The notes beneath the pieces are model-generated. The model did no database searches and was not told the DNA's origin. It worked only from the letters and a program-made list of their open reading frames with translations. The position numbers and the translations under genes were made by a program. This document shows, one piece after another, positions 11,989-21,818 of a stretch of DNA of 64,000 bases. The number at the start of each line of letters is the position of its first letter. Position 1 is the stretch's first letter. The DNA is taken from NCBI GenBank assembly GCA_038153405.1, contig JAYOYH010000016.1, positions 25,537-89,536 on the forward strand, written 5' to 3'. This stretch comes from Gemmatimonadota bacterium (GTDB lineage Bacteria > Latescibacterota > UBA2968 > UBA8231).

Positions 11989-12726
11989 TCAGCGCTCCTC
12001 GTATGCCTCGGCGCGGGTGCGGGCGCGGCGCCCCGGGCACAGCGCTTGCATGGATGGAGGCATGCGCGCGTAGGTTTCGGGGTAGACGGGCTGGTGGCCG
12101 TTTTCCGCCCAATTGTTGAACCAGCGCGGGTAGTAGGCGATATTGAGGCCGATGCGCACGCTTGTCGAAGCGTTGGCACGCGCCTGGTGCCACAGGCCGC
12201 CGTGCCACAGTAGGACGGAGCCGGCTGGTGCTTCAATGGGTAGAATGCGCGCCGGGTCGAGATCGCTGGGCGGCGCTTTTTGCCGCGCGCTGTGGCTCAT
12301 GGGCACCACGCCAGTTGCGCCGTTTTGCGCGGTGAAATCGCTCAGGGCCCAAATGCTGTTGATCATCCACGGGACGTCGGGTACCTGCAGAAACGAACCG
12401 GTCGAATCGGCGTGCAGCGCTTGGGCTGGTGCGCCGGGCCAAGTTGGTTTGGAACAGGCTTCGACGACGCGGCAGGTGGGGCCGAGAAAATGGCGAACGA
12501 TCTCGACGACCTGCGCATGGCTTGCACAGCGCCAGACGCGCTCGTCCAAGTTGAGCATGCCAAAGAGCGTTTGGTAGTGTGCGTCGCCGACGGTGTGAGC
12601 GGAGTGGGCGGGATCGGCGTGCAGTTCGAGGCAGCGCTCGCCCAAAGCGATGGCATCGGCGCGTGGTATGGCATTTTCCAGCAGGCAGTAGCCAAAGCAT
12701 TCGAGGTGGCGGATGGCGTCGTTCAT
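11989..12726 (-). CDS. PhyH family dioxygenase
   Basis: GYCLLENAI, QALHAD, NGATGVVPMSH, AGSVLLWHGGLWH...AN. Confidence 0.9.
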   Translation of the reverse strand: MNDAIRHLECFGYCLLENAIPRADAIALGERCLELHADPAHSAHTVGDAHYQTLFGMLNLDERVWRCASHAQVVEIVRHFLGPTCRVVEACSKPTWPGAPAQALHADSTGSFLQVPDVPWMINSIWALSDFTAQNGATGVVPMSHSARQKAPPSDLDPARILPIEAPAGSVLLWHGGLWHQARANASTSVRIGLNIAYYPRWFNNWAENGHQPVYPETYARMPPSMQALCPGRRARTRAEAYEER

Positions 12727-12869
12727 AGTTTAGTTCTCTCGCGGTTTGGCCGGTCAATGTACGAAAGGATTGGCGCCGAGAAAAAGGGTGTGGGATTCGA
12801 CGGGTGCTGCAAGGGGCTTGGGCGAAGTGTACAGATGCGTTCCATTTGGGAGCAAGCGAGGAAAAGAAT

Positions 12870-14507
12870 ATGGCAACCGATGCATTGGAAACCAGACTGC
12901 TGAGTTCGCTGAGTAAGGTCTTTGCCGACCAGGAGTTGGACGACGGCATATTTGGGCGCGCTTCGTGTCTGCGCGGTGAGGTGTTTTCGTTTCAGCTAGC
13001 CTACCGCGCGCGCACGCTGCTCAAGGGCATAGAGGTCGAAGTCGACTCCTCGCTCGAGCAATATATCAGCGTGCGCGAAGTGGGCTTGGCCCCGTGCGAG
13101 TTTCCGGGCGCCCGTTTTGACGATGACGTGCTGCGCACCACGCCGGGGCTCTATCCGGATCCGCTCTACGCGCTGGTGCGCGGCCTTGATGCGCCGCCGA
13201 GTCAGTGGCGCGCGCTGTGGGTTCAGGTGCGCGTGCCTGCGCGTCGCGTCAGCGGCCGGCACGAGATTGCCCTGCGCCTGGTGCACGGCGGCCATGTGCT
13301 CGCCCGTGAGACCTTTGTGCTGGACATCGTGCCACAGGCGCTGCCGGCGCAAAAGTTGGTGCATACCAGTTGGTTTCACGCCGACTGCATTGCCACCCAC
13401 TACGGCGATCCAGTGTGGAGCGCCGGGCACTGGCGACGCATAGAGCAGTTTATGCACAGCGCCGTCGACCACGGCGTCAATATGCTGCTTACGCCGCTGT
13501 TTACCCCACCTCTCGATACGCAAGTCGGCGGCGAGCGCCCAACGGTGCAGCTGATTGGCGTTGAGAAACGGGGCGCGTCATATCGCTTTGACTTTCGCCG
13601 CCTGCGGCGCTGGGTGAACCTGGCCGACCGCTGCGGCGTGCGCTACTTTGAAATGGCGCACTTCTTCACCCAGTGGGGAGCGGCGCACTGCCCGAAAGTC
13701 GTCGCGACTGTCGCCGGCCGGGAGCGCAAGATCTTCGGTTGGAAAGACAGCGCATCGGGTGCGGCCTACCGCGCGTTTCTCGACCAGTTTTTGCCGCAGT
13801 TAGTGCGCTTTATTCGCGCCAATGGACTTGAGCGCCGCGTGTATTTTCACGTGTCCGACGAGCCGCATAAGGATCATGTAGAAGCCTTTAGTAAGGCGGC
13901 TGCTATCGTGCATGGGCACCTGCGCGGATTCCCCTTTATCGATGCGCTGTCTGATATCGAATACTATGAGCGCGGCTTGGTCCACCATCCCATTCCGGCC
14001 AGTAACCACATCGAACCTTTTGTTGAGCGGGGCATAAAAAACCTGTGGACCTACTACTGCGTCTCGCAGTGGGACCGCGTGTCCAATCGATTTTTCAATA
14101 TGCCGTCGGCGCGCAATCGCATGCTCGGCGCCCAGCTCTACAAATACGATTTGGCCGGCTTTCTACAGTGGGGTTTTAATTTCTACTACGCCCAGTACTC
14201 AACGCGGCCGGTCAATCCATTTTTAGAGACCGATGCCGGACGCGCCTTTCCCTCGGGCGATGCGTTCCTCGTCTATCCAGGACAAGAAGGCCCAATTGAT
14301 TCGATTCGCGGTCAGGTGTTCCGCGAGGCGCTGCAGGATCAGCGCGCTCTCCAGCTATTGGAGAAGCTGCAGGGACGCCCCAAAACGGTGCGACTGCTGC
14401 AGCAGGGCGCGGCTAGCCCGATTACGATGAAGGAGTATCCGCGTTCGATGGACTGGCTGTTGGCTATGCGCGAGCGCGTCAATCGGCGCATTGCCGCGCT
14501 GCTATGA
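12870..14507 (+). CDS. DUF4091-domain putative glycoside hydrolase (GH123-like)
   Basis: HFFTQWGA, FHVSDEP, WTYYC, GFLQWGFNFY, GDAFLVYP..SIR....EALQD resemble DUF4091 proteins as I recall them. Confidence 0.75.
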   Translation: MATDALETRLLSSLSKVFADQELDDGIFGRASCLRGEVFSFQLAYRARTLLKGIEVEVDSSLEQYISVREVGLAPCEFPGARFDDDVLRTTPGLYPDPLYALVRGLDAPPSQWRALWVQVRVPARRVSGRHEIALRLVHGGHVLARETFVLDIVPQALPAQKLVHTSWFHADCIATHYGDPVWSAGHWRRIEQFMHSAVDHGVNMLLTPLFTPPLDTQVGGERPTVQLIGVEKRGASYRFDFRRLRRWVNLADRCGVRYFEMAHFFTQWGAAHCPKVVATVAGRERKIFGWKDSASGAAYRAFLDQFLPQLVRFIRANGLERRVYFHVSDEPHKDHVEAFSKAAAIVHGHLRGFPFIDALSDIEYYERGLVHHPIPASNHIEPFVERGIKNLWTYYCVSQWDRVSNRFFNMPSARNRMLGAQLYKYDLAGFLQWGFNFYYAQYSTRPVNPFLETDAGRAFPSGDAFLVYPGQEGPIDSIRGQVFREALQDQRALQLLEKLQGRPKTVRLLQQGAASPITMKEYPRSMDWLLAMRERVNRRIAALL

Positions 14508-14543
14508 GCTGAGTAATAGGGTGCACATTACGGGAGAAATGCC

Positions 14544-15752
14544 GTGCCTACACAGATACTAGCCGAGGTGCCGCTGCTCGGCGGGACGCATGAGATTACC
14601 ATAGAGGGCGAGCGCATCGCCGCGCTGCGGCCCTCGTCGGTGCAAACGGATGTGTGCGTCGGCCCGGCGCTCTTCGATATACAGGTCAACGGCTACGGTG
14701 GCCGCACCTGTCGGATGGCTTCAACGGCCAAAGAGGATGCGCTGTCCTATATTGCGCAGCTGCTGCGCGAGCGCGGCGTTGGTTGGTGGTTGCCGACGAT
14801 TACAACGGCCAGCGCGGAGGATTTGCTGACGGCCTTTACCTGCTGCGGTCGCGCGCTAGACGCCGATGCCGATTTGGCCGCCTCCATTCCCGGATTGCAC
14901 CTGGAAGGGCCCTATATATCAAAAGTAGATGGTCCGCGCGGAGCGCACGGACTAGAGCACGTGCGACCGCCCGATTGGGACGAGGTGCAGCGGTTAAACG
15001 AGGCGTGCGGTGGGCGCATTCGCTTGGTAACGCTGGCGCCGGAAGTTGAGGGAGCCGTGCAGTTTATCAAACAATGCGTTGCGGCGGGCATGGTCGTGGC
15101 GATGGGCCATACGGATCTGGATCGCGAGTCGCTGGCGCGCGCAGTGGATGCCGGCGCGACCCTGTCGACGCATTTGGGCAATGGCGCCCACGATCGGCTA
15201 CAGCGCCACAACAACTATCTGTGGTATCAGCTGGCCGAGGAGAGCGTATACGCATCGTTTATCGCCGATGGCCAGCACCTGCCGCGCGAATGCCTGTATT
15301 CCATGCTGCGTGCCAAGGGATTTGCACGCTCGATTCTCATCTCCGACTCGGTCCTTTTGGGTGGTATGAGGCCGGGGGTCTACGGCGTGCGGGGACGCGA
15401 TATTGAAATGCTGGAGTCGGGGCGCATCGTCGTGCCCGGCACGCCGAACCTGGCCGGCAGCGGCAGCCATCTAAAAGAATGCGTTGAATGGGCGACGCGC
15501 TTGGGCCGCGTGGCGCACGTAGAGGCATGGGCCATGGCCAGCACAAATCCGGCGCGCCTGCTGCATTTGGACGATCGGCTGGGCGTGTGCGAGGGCTGTG
15601 AAGCGACGCTGGCAGTGTACAAAAAATCGCTCGACGGTGCGTCGATCGACGTGCGCCAGACCTGGGTTGCCGGGCGCTTGGTATTCGATGCCGAGCGCGA
15701 CGTGCCGACGTCGATGCCGGACGTGCCGCCTGACGCGGCGGCACCTATTTGA
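14544..15752 (+). CDS. nagA: N-acetylglucosamine-6-phosphate deacetylase (NagA)-like amidohydrolase
   Basis: DIQVNGYGG, LPTITT, GLHLEGPYI, GAH, TLAPE, GHT, THLGNG, IADGQH, LAGS. Confidence 0.82.
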   Translation: MPTQILAEVPLLGGTHEITIEGERIAALRPSSVQTDVCVGPALFDIQVNGYGGRTCRMASTAKEDALSYIAQLLRERGVGWWLPTITTASAEDLLTAFTCCGRALDADADLAASIPGLHLEGPYISKVDGPRGAHGLEHVRPPDWDEVQRLNEACGGRIRLVTLAPEVEGAVQFIKQCVAAGMVVAMGHTDLDRESLARAVDAGATLSTHLGNGAHDRLQRHNNYLWYQLAEESVYASFIADGQHLPRECLYSMLRAKGFARSILISDSVLLGGMRPGVYGVRGRDIEMLESGRIVVPGTPNLAGSGSHLKECVEWATRLGRVAHVEAWAMASTNPARLLHLDDRLGVCEGCEATLAVYKKSLDGASIDVRQTWVAGRLVFDAERDVPTSMPDVPPDAAAPI

Positions 15753-15782
15753 GCGATGAACCACCATATGAGAGAGCGAACG

Positions 15783-17588
15783 ATGAGCGATGAATTGCCC
15801 GGCGGTATTCCCGACAGCCGCCACCTGCACAACGGTTGGCAGATTCCCAGCGAAGGCTACTGCGATCAGCCCTATGTCGTGCAGACGGACGATGGAGCCT
15901 GGCTCTGCATTATGACGACGGGTAGCAGTCACGAAGGGGCGTCTGGTCAGCACGTCGTATCGACGCGCAGCACCGACTGCGGCCGCACGTGGTCGCCACT
16001 GGTCGACGTGGAGCCAGCGGACGGCCCAGAGGCATCCTACGCAGTGCTATTAAAGGTGCCTTCGGGGCGCGTCTACGCGTTTTACAACCACAACACGGAC
16101 GATGTGCGCCGCGTCAAAGCGGATAATCCGCCCTATGCCGACGGGTACTGCACGCGCGTCGATAGTCTGGGTCACTTCGTATTTAAATACAGCGACGATC
16201 ACGGGCTCAGCTGGTCGACAGAGCGCTATGACGTTCCGGTGCGCGAAATGGAAATCGACCGCAAGAACGCCGACGGAGGGCGCCTGCGCTACTTTTGGAA
16301 CGTCGGTAAGCCCATCGTTGCGCACGGTGCGGCGTTTGTTTCGCTGCACAAGGTGGGCGGCTTTGGCGATGGGTTTTTCACCAGCAACGAGGGCGTGCTG
16401 CTCCGGAGCGAAAACATATTGGCGGAGGCCGATCCGACGAAGATTCGCTGGCAGACACTGCCCGAAGGTGAGTTCGGTCTGCGCGCTCCCGAGGGCGGCG
16501 GCACCGTGGCCTCAGAGCACAGCTACAGCGTGCTGTCGGACGGCTCGTTTTACTGCGTCTATCGCACGATTGACGGCCATCCGGCCTGCGCCTATTCGCG
16601 CGATGCGGGACGCACGTGGTCGAAACCCACCTATAAGCAATTTGCCGACGGGCGCTTGATCAAGCATCCGCGCGCGGCCAATTTTGCTTGGCGCTGCGCA
16701 AACGGCAAGTATCTCTACTGGTTTCACAACCACGGCGGGCGCTTTATCAAGGAGCACCCGCAGCAGCGCTGGAACGCCTACCAGGACCGCAATCCAGTGT
16801 GGCTGTGCGGCGGCATTGAGGTCGAAGGGGCAGAGGGCCGTGCGATACAGTGGACCCAGCCGGAAATCGCTCTCTACGACGACGATCCCTATATACGCAT
16901 GAGCTATCCGGACTTAGTAGAAGAGGGCGGCGAGTACTATGTGACGGAGACGCAGAAAGACGTGGCGCGCGTCCATCGCCTAGATAAAGCGCTGCTGGAG
17001 GGTCTATGGAACCAGTTCGAGTGCGCAGAGATCGCGCGCGATGGGCTGCTGTTGGAGTTGCAAGAAGCCGGGCCGATGGTATGCGATATGCCCTTGTTGC
17101 CGCTCCTCAATCGCCGCAGCGCGCACAGTCCCTACGGGACAGAGGATGTGCGCGCCGGCTTTAGCATCGACGCATGGCTCTACTTGGATAGCTCCGTCGC
17201 TGGGCGGGTGCTGCTGGATACCCGTACAGAAAATGGCCAGGGGTTGGTGGTCCAGCACAAGGGGGGCGGTCAGCTAGAAATCGCCGTCGACGACGGGCGG
17301 ACCCGCGCCAGCTGGGATAGCGATCCGAAAGTCGTGGCCGTTGGCCAGCATCACCACGTCGTCATTATCCTCGATGGGGGGGCCAAAATCATCGCCTTTG
17401 TCGTCGATGGACGCCTGTGCGATGGCGGCGATTTTCGCCAATTCGGATGGGGTCGCTTTAGCCCCCATCTGCGCCACGCCAACGGTAGCCCGCGCCTGCT
17501 GGTCGACGGCGCCGTGCACGCGCTGCGGCTCTACGGACGCGCGCTGCGCACGTCGGAAGCTGTGGCGCACTTCCGCGCCGGACGCTAG
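15783..17588 (+). CDS. BNR/Asp-box sialidase-like beta-propeller with C-terminal LamG/concanavalin-like domain
   Basis: Asp-boxes STDCGRTWS, SDDHGLSWS, SRDAGRTWS; C-terminal HHVV..DG, LRLYGRALRTSE; alternative start at 15756. Confidence 0.78.
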   Translation: MSDELPGGIPDSRHLHNGWQIPSEGYCDQPYVVQTDDGAWLCIMTTGSSHEGASGQHVVSTRSTDCGRTWSPLVDVEPADGPEASYAVLLKVPSGRVYAFYNHNTDDVRRVKADNPPYADGYCTRVDSLGHFVFKYSDDHGLSWSTERYDVPVREMEIDRKNADGGRLRYFWNVGKPIVAHGAAFVSLHKVGGFGDGFFTSNEGVLLRSENILAEADPTKIRWQTLPEGEFGLRAPEGGGTVASEHSYSVLSDGSFYCVYRTIDGHPACAYSRDAGRTWSKPTYKQFADGRLIKHPRAANFAWRCANGKYLYWFHNHGGRFIKEHPQQRWNAYQDRNPVWLCGGIEVEGAEGRAIQWTQPEIALYDDDPYIRMSYPDLVEEGGEYYVTETQKDVARVHRLDKALLEGLWNQFECAEIARDGLLLELQEAGPMVCDMPLLPLLNRRSAHSPYGTEDVRAGFSIDAWLYLDSSVAGRVLLDTRTENGQGLVVQHKGGGQLEIAVDDGRTRASWDSDPKVVAVGQHHHVVIILDGGAKIIAFVVDGRLCDGGDFRQFGWGRFSPHLRHANGSPRLLVDGAVHALRLYGRALRTSEAVAHFRAGR

Positions 17589-17599
17589 TGTATAGCCCT

Positions 17600-17773
17600 A
17601 TGGCCGAGTTTCATCTCAACGAGGTCAATGCCTGCGTGCGCGTGCGCTTTCAGCGGGATATAGAGCCGATTGCCGGGCCCGACGTTACGCGCGATGAATT
17701 CGATGCCATGGCGGCTCCGTTTATTTGCCGCGGGCAGGTCGACCGCCTAATACAGCGCTTTGTGCCCAAGTAG
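17600..17773 (+). CDS. small hypothetical protein or gene remnant (57 aa)
   Basis: short ORF filling the gap between co-oriented genes; protein-like composition but no clear RBS. Confidence 0.3.
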   Translation: MAEFHLNEVNACVRVRFQRDIEPIAGPDVTRDEFDAMAAPFICRGQVDRLIQRFVPK

Positions 17774-17874
17774 AAGCAATTGCGGTTTATCCTTGCTGTA
17801 GGCGCAAAAAGGCCCTAACCATATACTGCGACGAAGTTGGTGAGCCGATTTTTTTTTACGAGGAGAGATTCGAT

Positions 17875-18822
17875 ATGGCAGATCGTCAGGTTCAAGGAGT
17901 AATCGCCAACCCCTTCTCCCTTGCGGATGCAGATGGCTACGCATGGCTCAAGGGCAATTTGCACTCGCATACGACCAACTCGGACGGCAAACCCTCGCCG
18001 CAGGAGCGTTTGGATGGCTATGTGAATCAGGGCTACGACTTTCTCTGCATTTCAGACCACCACGAGATTACCCGCGTGGACAGCGTGCACGTTCCCGATG
18101 GCTTTATTGCCGTGCAGGGAGCTGAACTGCACCCGGACAATCCCTTCGGCGGGCAGAAACACCACTTTGTTTGTTTGAATATCCACGAAGACATCGATGC
18201 GCAGAACATGCCGCCTCAGCACGTTATCGATGCGGTAAACGATCAGGGCGGCAGCGTTTGGCTCGCACATCCCCACTGGAGTTCCGTCAATATTCGGCGC
18301 GATACGGCGCCGCTGCGCGGCTTTGCCGGCATTGAAGTCTTCAACACGACTTGTCGCTGCGCAGGGCGCGGCGAGTCATCGGTGCACTGGGACGATTGGA
18401 TGGAGTTGGAGGGGCGAATCTATCCAGCGCTGGCCAACGACGATGCACATGCTTTAGAAGAAACGCGCCGCGATACCTATGGAGGGTGGACTTGGGTGCG
18501 GGTGCGCGAGCGCACGGCCGAGGCGGTGTGCGCCGCGCTAGTGCAGGGGGCCTCGTATGCCAGCACGGGGCCGCTGATCCGCGATATCCAACTACAGCGC
18601 ACCGACGGTGGGGCGGTGGAGGCCACCGTCGCCTGCTCGCCGGCGCAGCGCATTGCGGCCGTGCACGATGCGTATGGCACGGAGTATCACGAACACGGGG
18701 CACTGTTTGAATCGGCGGTGTTTTCGCTGCGCCCAACCGCGCGCTGGGTGCGCTTTGAAATCGTCGGACCGCAGGGCGATAAGGCTTGGTCGAATCCATT
18801 TGATCTCACACTCGTCGTTTAG
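17875..18822 (+). CDS. PHP-domain metallohydrolase (CehA/McbA-like)
   Basis: WLKGNLHSHTTNSDG, ISDH, AHPHWS, IEVFN, NDDAH; GAGGAG RBS. Confidence 0.88.
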   Translation: MADRQVQGVIANPFSLADADGYAWLKGNLHSHTTNSDGKPSPQERLDGYVNQGYDFLCISDHHEITRVDSVHVPDGFIAVQGAELHPDNPFGGQKHHFVCLNIHEDIDAQNMPPQHVIDAVNDQGGSVWLAHPHWSSVNIRRDTAPLRGFAGIEVFNTTCRCAGRGESSVHWDDWMELEGRIYPALANDDAHALEETRRDTYGGWTWVRVRERTAEAVCAALVQGASYASTGPLIRDIQLQRTDGGAVEATVACSPAQRIAAVHDAYGTEYHEHGALFESAVFSLRPTARWVRFEIVGPQGDKAWSNPFDLTLVV

Positions 18823-18849
18823 GCAAATAGGCCTTTATGAAAGGAGAAA

Positions 18850-19719
18850 ATGAGTAAGAGCGTTTTGGTAATCGGTGCGGCTGGAAAGATCGCCGGTCAG
18901 GTTTTGCCCGCGCTGAATGCGCGCTATGCACTAACGCTGCTCGACGTGTGCCCAGAAGATCGCAGTGGTCAACCGGTAGCAGGCGTTCAGATCGCCGATC
19001 TCACAGACAACAATCGCGATGCTTATCGGGCGCATTTTGCCGGCGTGGACGCCGTGGTGCACTTCGGCTTTGTTCGCCCAGAAGGCGAGGGGGTCGAAGC
19101 GCGTTTTCGCGCCGAGATGCGCAACGTCGAAATGGCCTACAATGTCTATATGACGGCGCTCGAAGAAGGCGTCGGGCGCGTGGTCGTGGCCAGTTCCAAC
19201 CACGCTGCCGACTACTATGAGGAGCTGATTCTCGACGGCGCAATGGACTTCGTGCATCCGGCGGGCCGCGCGCTGTCGGACAACTACTACGGCTGGGCCA
19301 AAGAGGTTTATGAGCACTTGGGCTTTCTCTTTGCCGTCGGCAAGCAGAACGGGCGCCCGTTGCCCAACGTGCAGATTCGCATTGGCGGGCCGCGCGAGAC
19401 GGATGTGGAGCGCTGCGAACTGGGTGATCTGCGCTGCATGCGCCGCGCACTGGGCGCCTACATTAGCGAACGCGATATGCAACAGCTCTTCGTAAAAAGC
19501 ATTGAGGTAGAAGACATTGCCGACGAGCGCGGTGTGCCGTTTCAAATTTTCTACGGAATCAGCGGCAATTCGCACGCCTTCTGGAGCATTGCCAACGCGC
19601 GCAAGATCATTGGCTACGCTCCCGAAGACAACAGCGAACGGCGCTTTGCCGCCGCCATAGCTCAGCACCTGCGCGCTGCTAAACAGCGCGATGGCTATCC
19701 TGGACAGCGCGATGGCTGA
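18850..19719 (+). CDS. NAD(P)-dependent epimerase/dehydratase family oxidoreductase (uronate dehydrogenase-like)
   Basis: [19 protein letters not shown] (YxxxK); AAGGAG RBS. Confidence 0.85.
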   Translation: MSKSVLVIGAAGKIAGQVLPALNARYALTLLDVCPEDRSGQPVAGVQIADLTDNNRDAYRAHFAGVDAVVHFGFVRPEGEGVEARFRAEMRNVEMAYNVYMTALEEGVGRVVVASSNHAADYYEELILDGAMDFVHPAGRALSDNYYGWAKEVYEHLGFLFAVGKQNGRPLPNVQIRIGGPRETDVERCELGDLRCMRRALGAYISERDMQQLFVKSIEVEDIADERGVPFQIFYGISGNSHAFWSIANARKIIGYAPEDNSERRFAAAIAQHLRAAKQRDGYPGQRDG

Positions 19720-20737
19720 GATGATTCCCTTTTCCATTCTCGACCTGGCTCCGATCCGCCAAGGCGAGGGGGCCGAGCAGGCTTTTCAGCAGCTGCGCGA
19801 GCGCGCGGTTTGGGCGGAGCAGTGCGGATTTAATCGCTACTGGCTGGCCGAACACCACAATATGAGCGGCGTTGGCAGCGCGGCCACTAGCGTGCTCATT
19901 GGCCATATAGCCGGTGCAACTCAGCGCATGCGGGTAGGATCGGGAGGGATTATGTTGCCCAACCATGCGCCCCTGGTCATCGCCGAACAGTTCGGCACGC
20001 TGGAGTCGCTCTACCCGGGGCGCATCGATCTGGGATTGGGCCGCGCGCCGGGTACTGACCTACTGACGGCGCGTGCGCTGCGCCGCGATCGCTTGGGCAA
20101 CGACGGCGATTTTCCGCGCGATGTCGTCGAACTGCAGGCCTACTTTCGCGGCGGCCAGCCGAACCGCGTCTGCGCCGTGCCCGGCGAGGGGTTGGATGTG
20201 CCCATCTGGCTATTGGGATCGAGCTTGTTTAGCGCACAGTTAGCCGGTTTGCTGGGCTTGCCCTACGCCTTTGCCTCGCACTTTGCGCCCGACTATTTAA
20301 TGGAGGCACTCGCCCTATACCGCAGTGAGTTCAAGCCATCGGAGGTGCTCGAGCGGCCCTATGCTATGGTCGGCACTAGTGTGGTCGCGGCGGATACGCG
20401 CGAAGAGGCGCAGCGACTTTTCACATCGCAGCAGGTGCAGTCGGTGCAGATGCTGCGGGGTGAGCGCGAGAAGATGGGGCCGCCCATAGACGATATCGAA
20501 GCGTATTGGGTGCCACCGGAAAAGGAGGCCGTCGAGCACAAGTTGCGCTATGCCTTTGTCGGCACGGCCGATTCGCTGACGGTTGATCTGGAGCGCTTTG
20601 TCGGAGCGACGGAGGCCGATGAACTGATTGCCACCGTGCGAATTTTTGATCAGCGCGCCAGTTTGCGTGCGATGGAAATTCTGGCACAGGTGCGCCAGCA
20701 ATTGGCGCGGGGCCTCCTAGAGGCTAGCTCGGCGTAA
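19712..20737 (+). CDS. LLM class (luciferase-like) flavin-dependent oxidoreductase
   Basis: [52 protein letters not shown]. Confidence 0.95.
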   Translation: MAEMIPFSILDLAPIRQGEGAEQAFQQLRERAVWAEQCGFNRYWLAEHHNMSGVGSAATSVLIGHIAGATQRMRVGSGGIMLPNHAPLVIAEQFGTLESLYPGRIDLGLGRAPGTDLLTARALRRDRLGNDGDFPRDVVELQAYFRGGQPNRVCAVPGEGLDVPIWLLGSSLFSAQLAGLLGLPYAFASHFAPDYLMEALALYRSEFKPSEVLERPYAMVGTSVVAADTREEAQRLFTSQQVQSVQMLRGEREKMGPPIDDIEAYWVPPEKEAVEHKLRYAFVGTADSLTVDLERFVGATEADELIATVRIFDQRASLRAMEILAQVRQQLARGLLEASSA

Positions 20738-20767
20738 TCGCTCTTTCGGCGCGCGCGGTCAAGTGGT

Positions 20768-21742
20768 TCAGTCCCCATGCCAAGTGTCGCCCCACTGCGC
20801 CTTGCGCGCGCGCTTCCAGTCCGGTCCGCTGCGGCGCGAGACCACCGCGTCGCGCAGGCCGTCTTTCTCGCATAGCTGTAAGTGGATATGCCCGCTGCGG
20901 CGCTGGGGGTGGCGCACAATGCGCGCCGGCGCGCGCGCTTCGGACGAGCGCGTGAAAATCAGGTAGGAAAACTTCTCGTCTTCATAGCCCAGATTGCCGC
21001 GCTTGAACCGGCGGTGCTGCGCCGTGCGCGTCACTCGCTGCGAAAAATGACACCAATCACCTGTCGGGATAGGGCAGTGCTGGGCGTGCGGACAGGGGGC
21101 GAGAAGATGGGCGCCTTCTTCGATGAGCATAGAGCGCAGCGCGTTGATGCGCTCAAAGCAGGCCGTCGTGCCCGGTTCGACGATGACCAGCGCCCGGCGC
21201 GTTGCCTCCCACATGCCGCGCGCCGCGTCGGCCCATTCGTCGCGTCCCAACTCGTTTAGTACATAGCTGGCGATCACTAGGTCGGCGTCGGGCAAGGCGT
21301 TCTGTGTCAGGCTTGCGGCCTGCCAGGTGGCATCGGACATAGGGGCTAGATCGACGGCAGCGGCCAGGCGTTCTCCAAGTGCGATCAGATGGGGATCGCG
21401 TTCGAATAGTGCGACGGAGTTCAGGGAGGGAAAGAGCGAACAGGCGGCCCAGCTGGCACTTCCGGAGCCAGCGCCCAGATCGAGTAGCGTGTGCGGTGCC
21501 GCTTCCGGCCATAGCTGACGCAGGTGCATTAGCGCGGCGCAGTTGGCCGCATACGTGGCCGGTAGCCGCGTGACGGCGTAGGCAAGCCGCTCGATCTGAC
21601 CGGGTAAAAAGGCCGAACCCGCCGCGCGGTCGGCGCGGCGGTACTGTAGCGAGATGCGTTCGGCCGCCGCCGCTAGATCGGCGGGTTCGGCGTCGGCCAC
21701 CGCTTGTTCGATGGCGCGTTGGAGTGCGTCGGGTAGTTGCAT
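20768..21742 (-). CDS. Rsm22/METTL17-like SAM-dependent methyltransferase
   Basis: LDLGAGSG, SYVLNEL, VEPGT, APCPH...CP...DWCHFSQR, EDEKFSY. Confidence 0.88.
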   Translation of the reverse strand: MQLPDALQRAIEQAVADAEPADLAAAAERISLQYRRADRAAGSAFLPGQIERLAYAVTRLPATYAANCAALMHLRQLWPEAAPHTLLDLGAGSGSASWAACSLFPSLNSVALFERDPHLIALGERLAAAVDLAPMSDATWQAASLTQNALPDADLVIASYVLNELGRDEWADAARGMWEATRRALVIVEPGTTACFERINALRSMLIEEGAHLLAPCPHAQHCPIPTGDWCHFSQRVTRTAQHRRFKRGNLGYEDEKFSYLIFTRSSEARAPARIVRHPQRRSGHIHLQLCEKDGLRDAVVSRRSGPDWKRARKAQWGDTWHGD

Positions 21743-21758
21743 AGAGTGCTATATGTAC

Positions 21759-21800
21759 AAAAGGCATGGCGCCGTCCCTGTGGGAGATGCCATGCCTTTT
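21759..21800. terminator. Rho-independent terminator downstream of glnII (A/T tracts on both sides)
   Basis: AAAAGGCATGGC...GCCATGCCTTTT inverted repeat. Confidence 0.8.
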
Positions 21801-21818
21801 GCTAAGCGGGCGCTAGTA

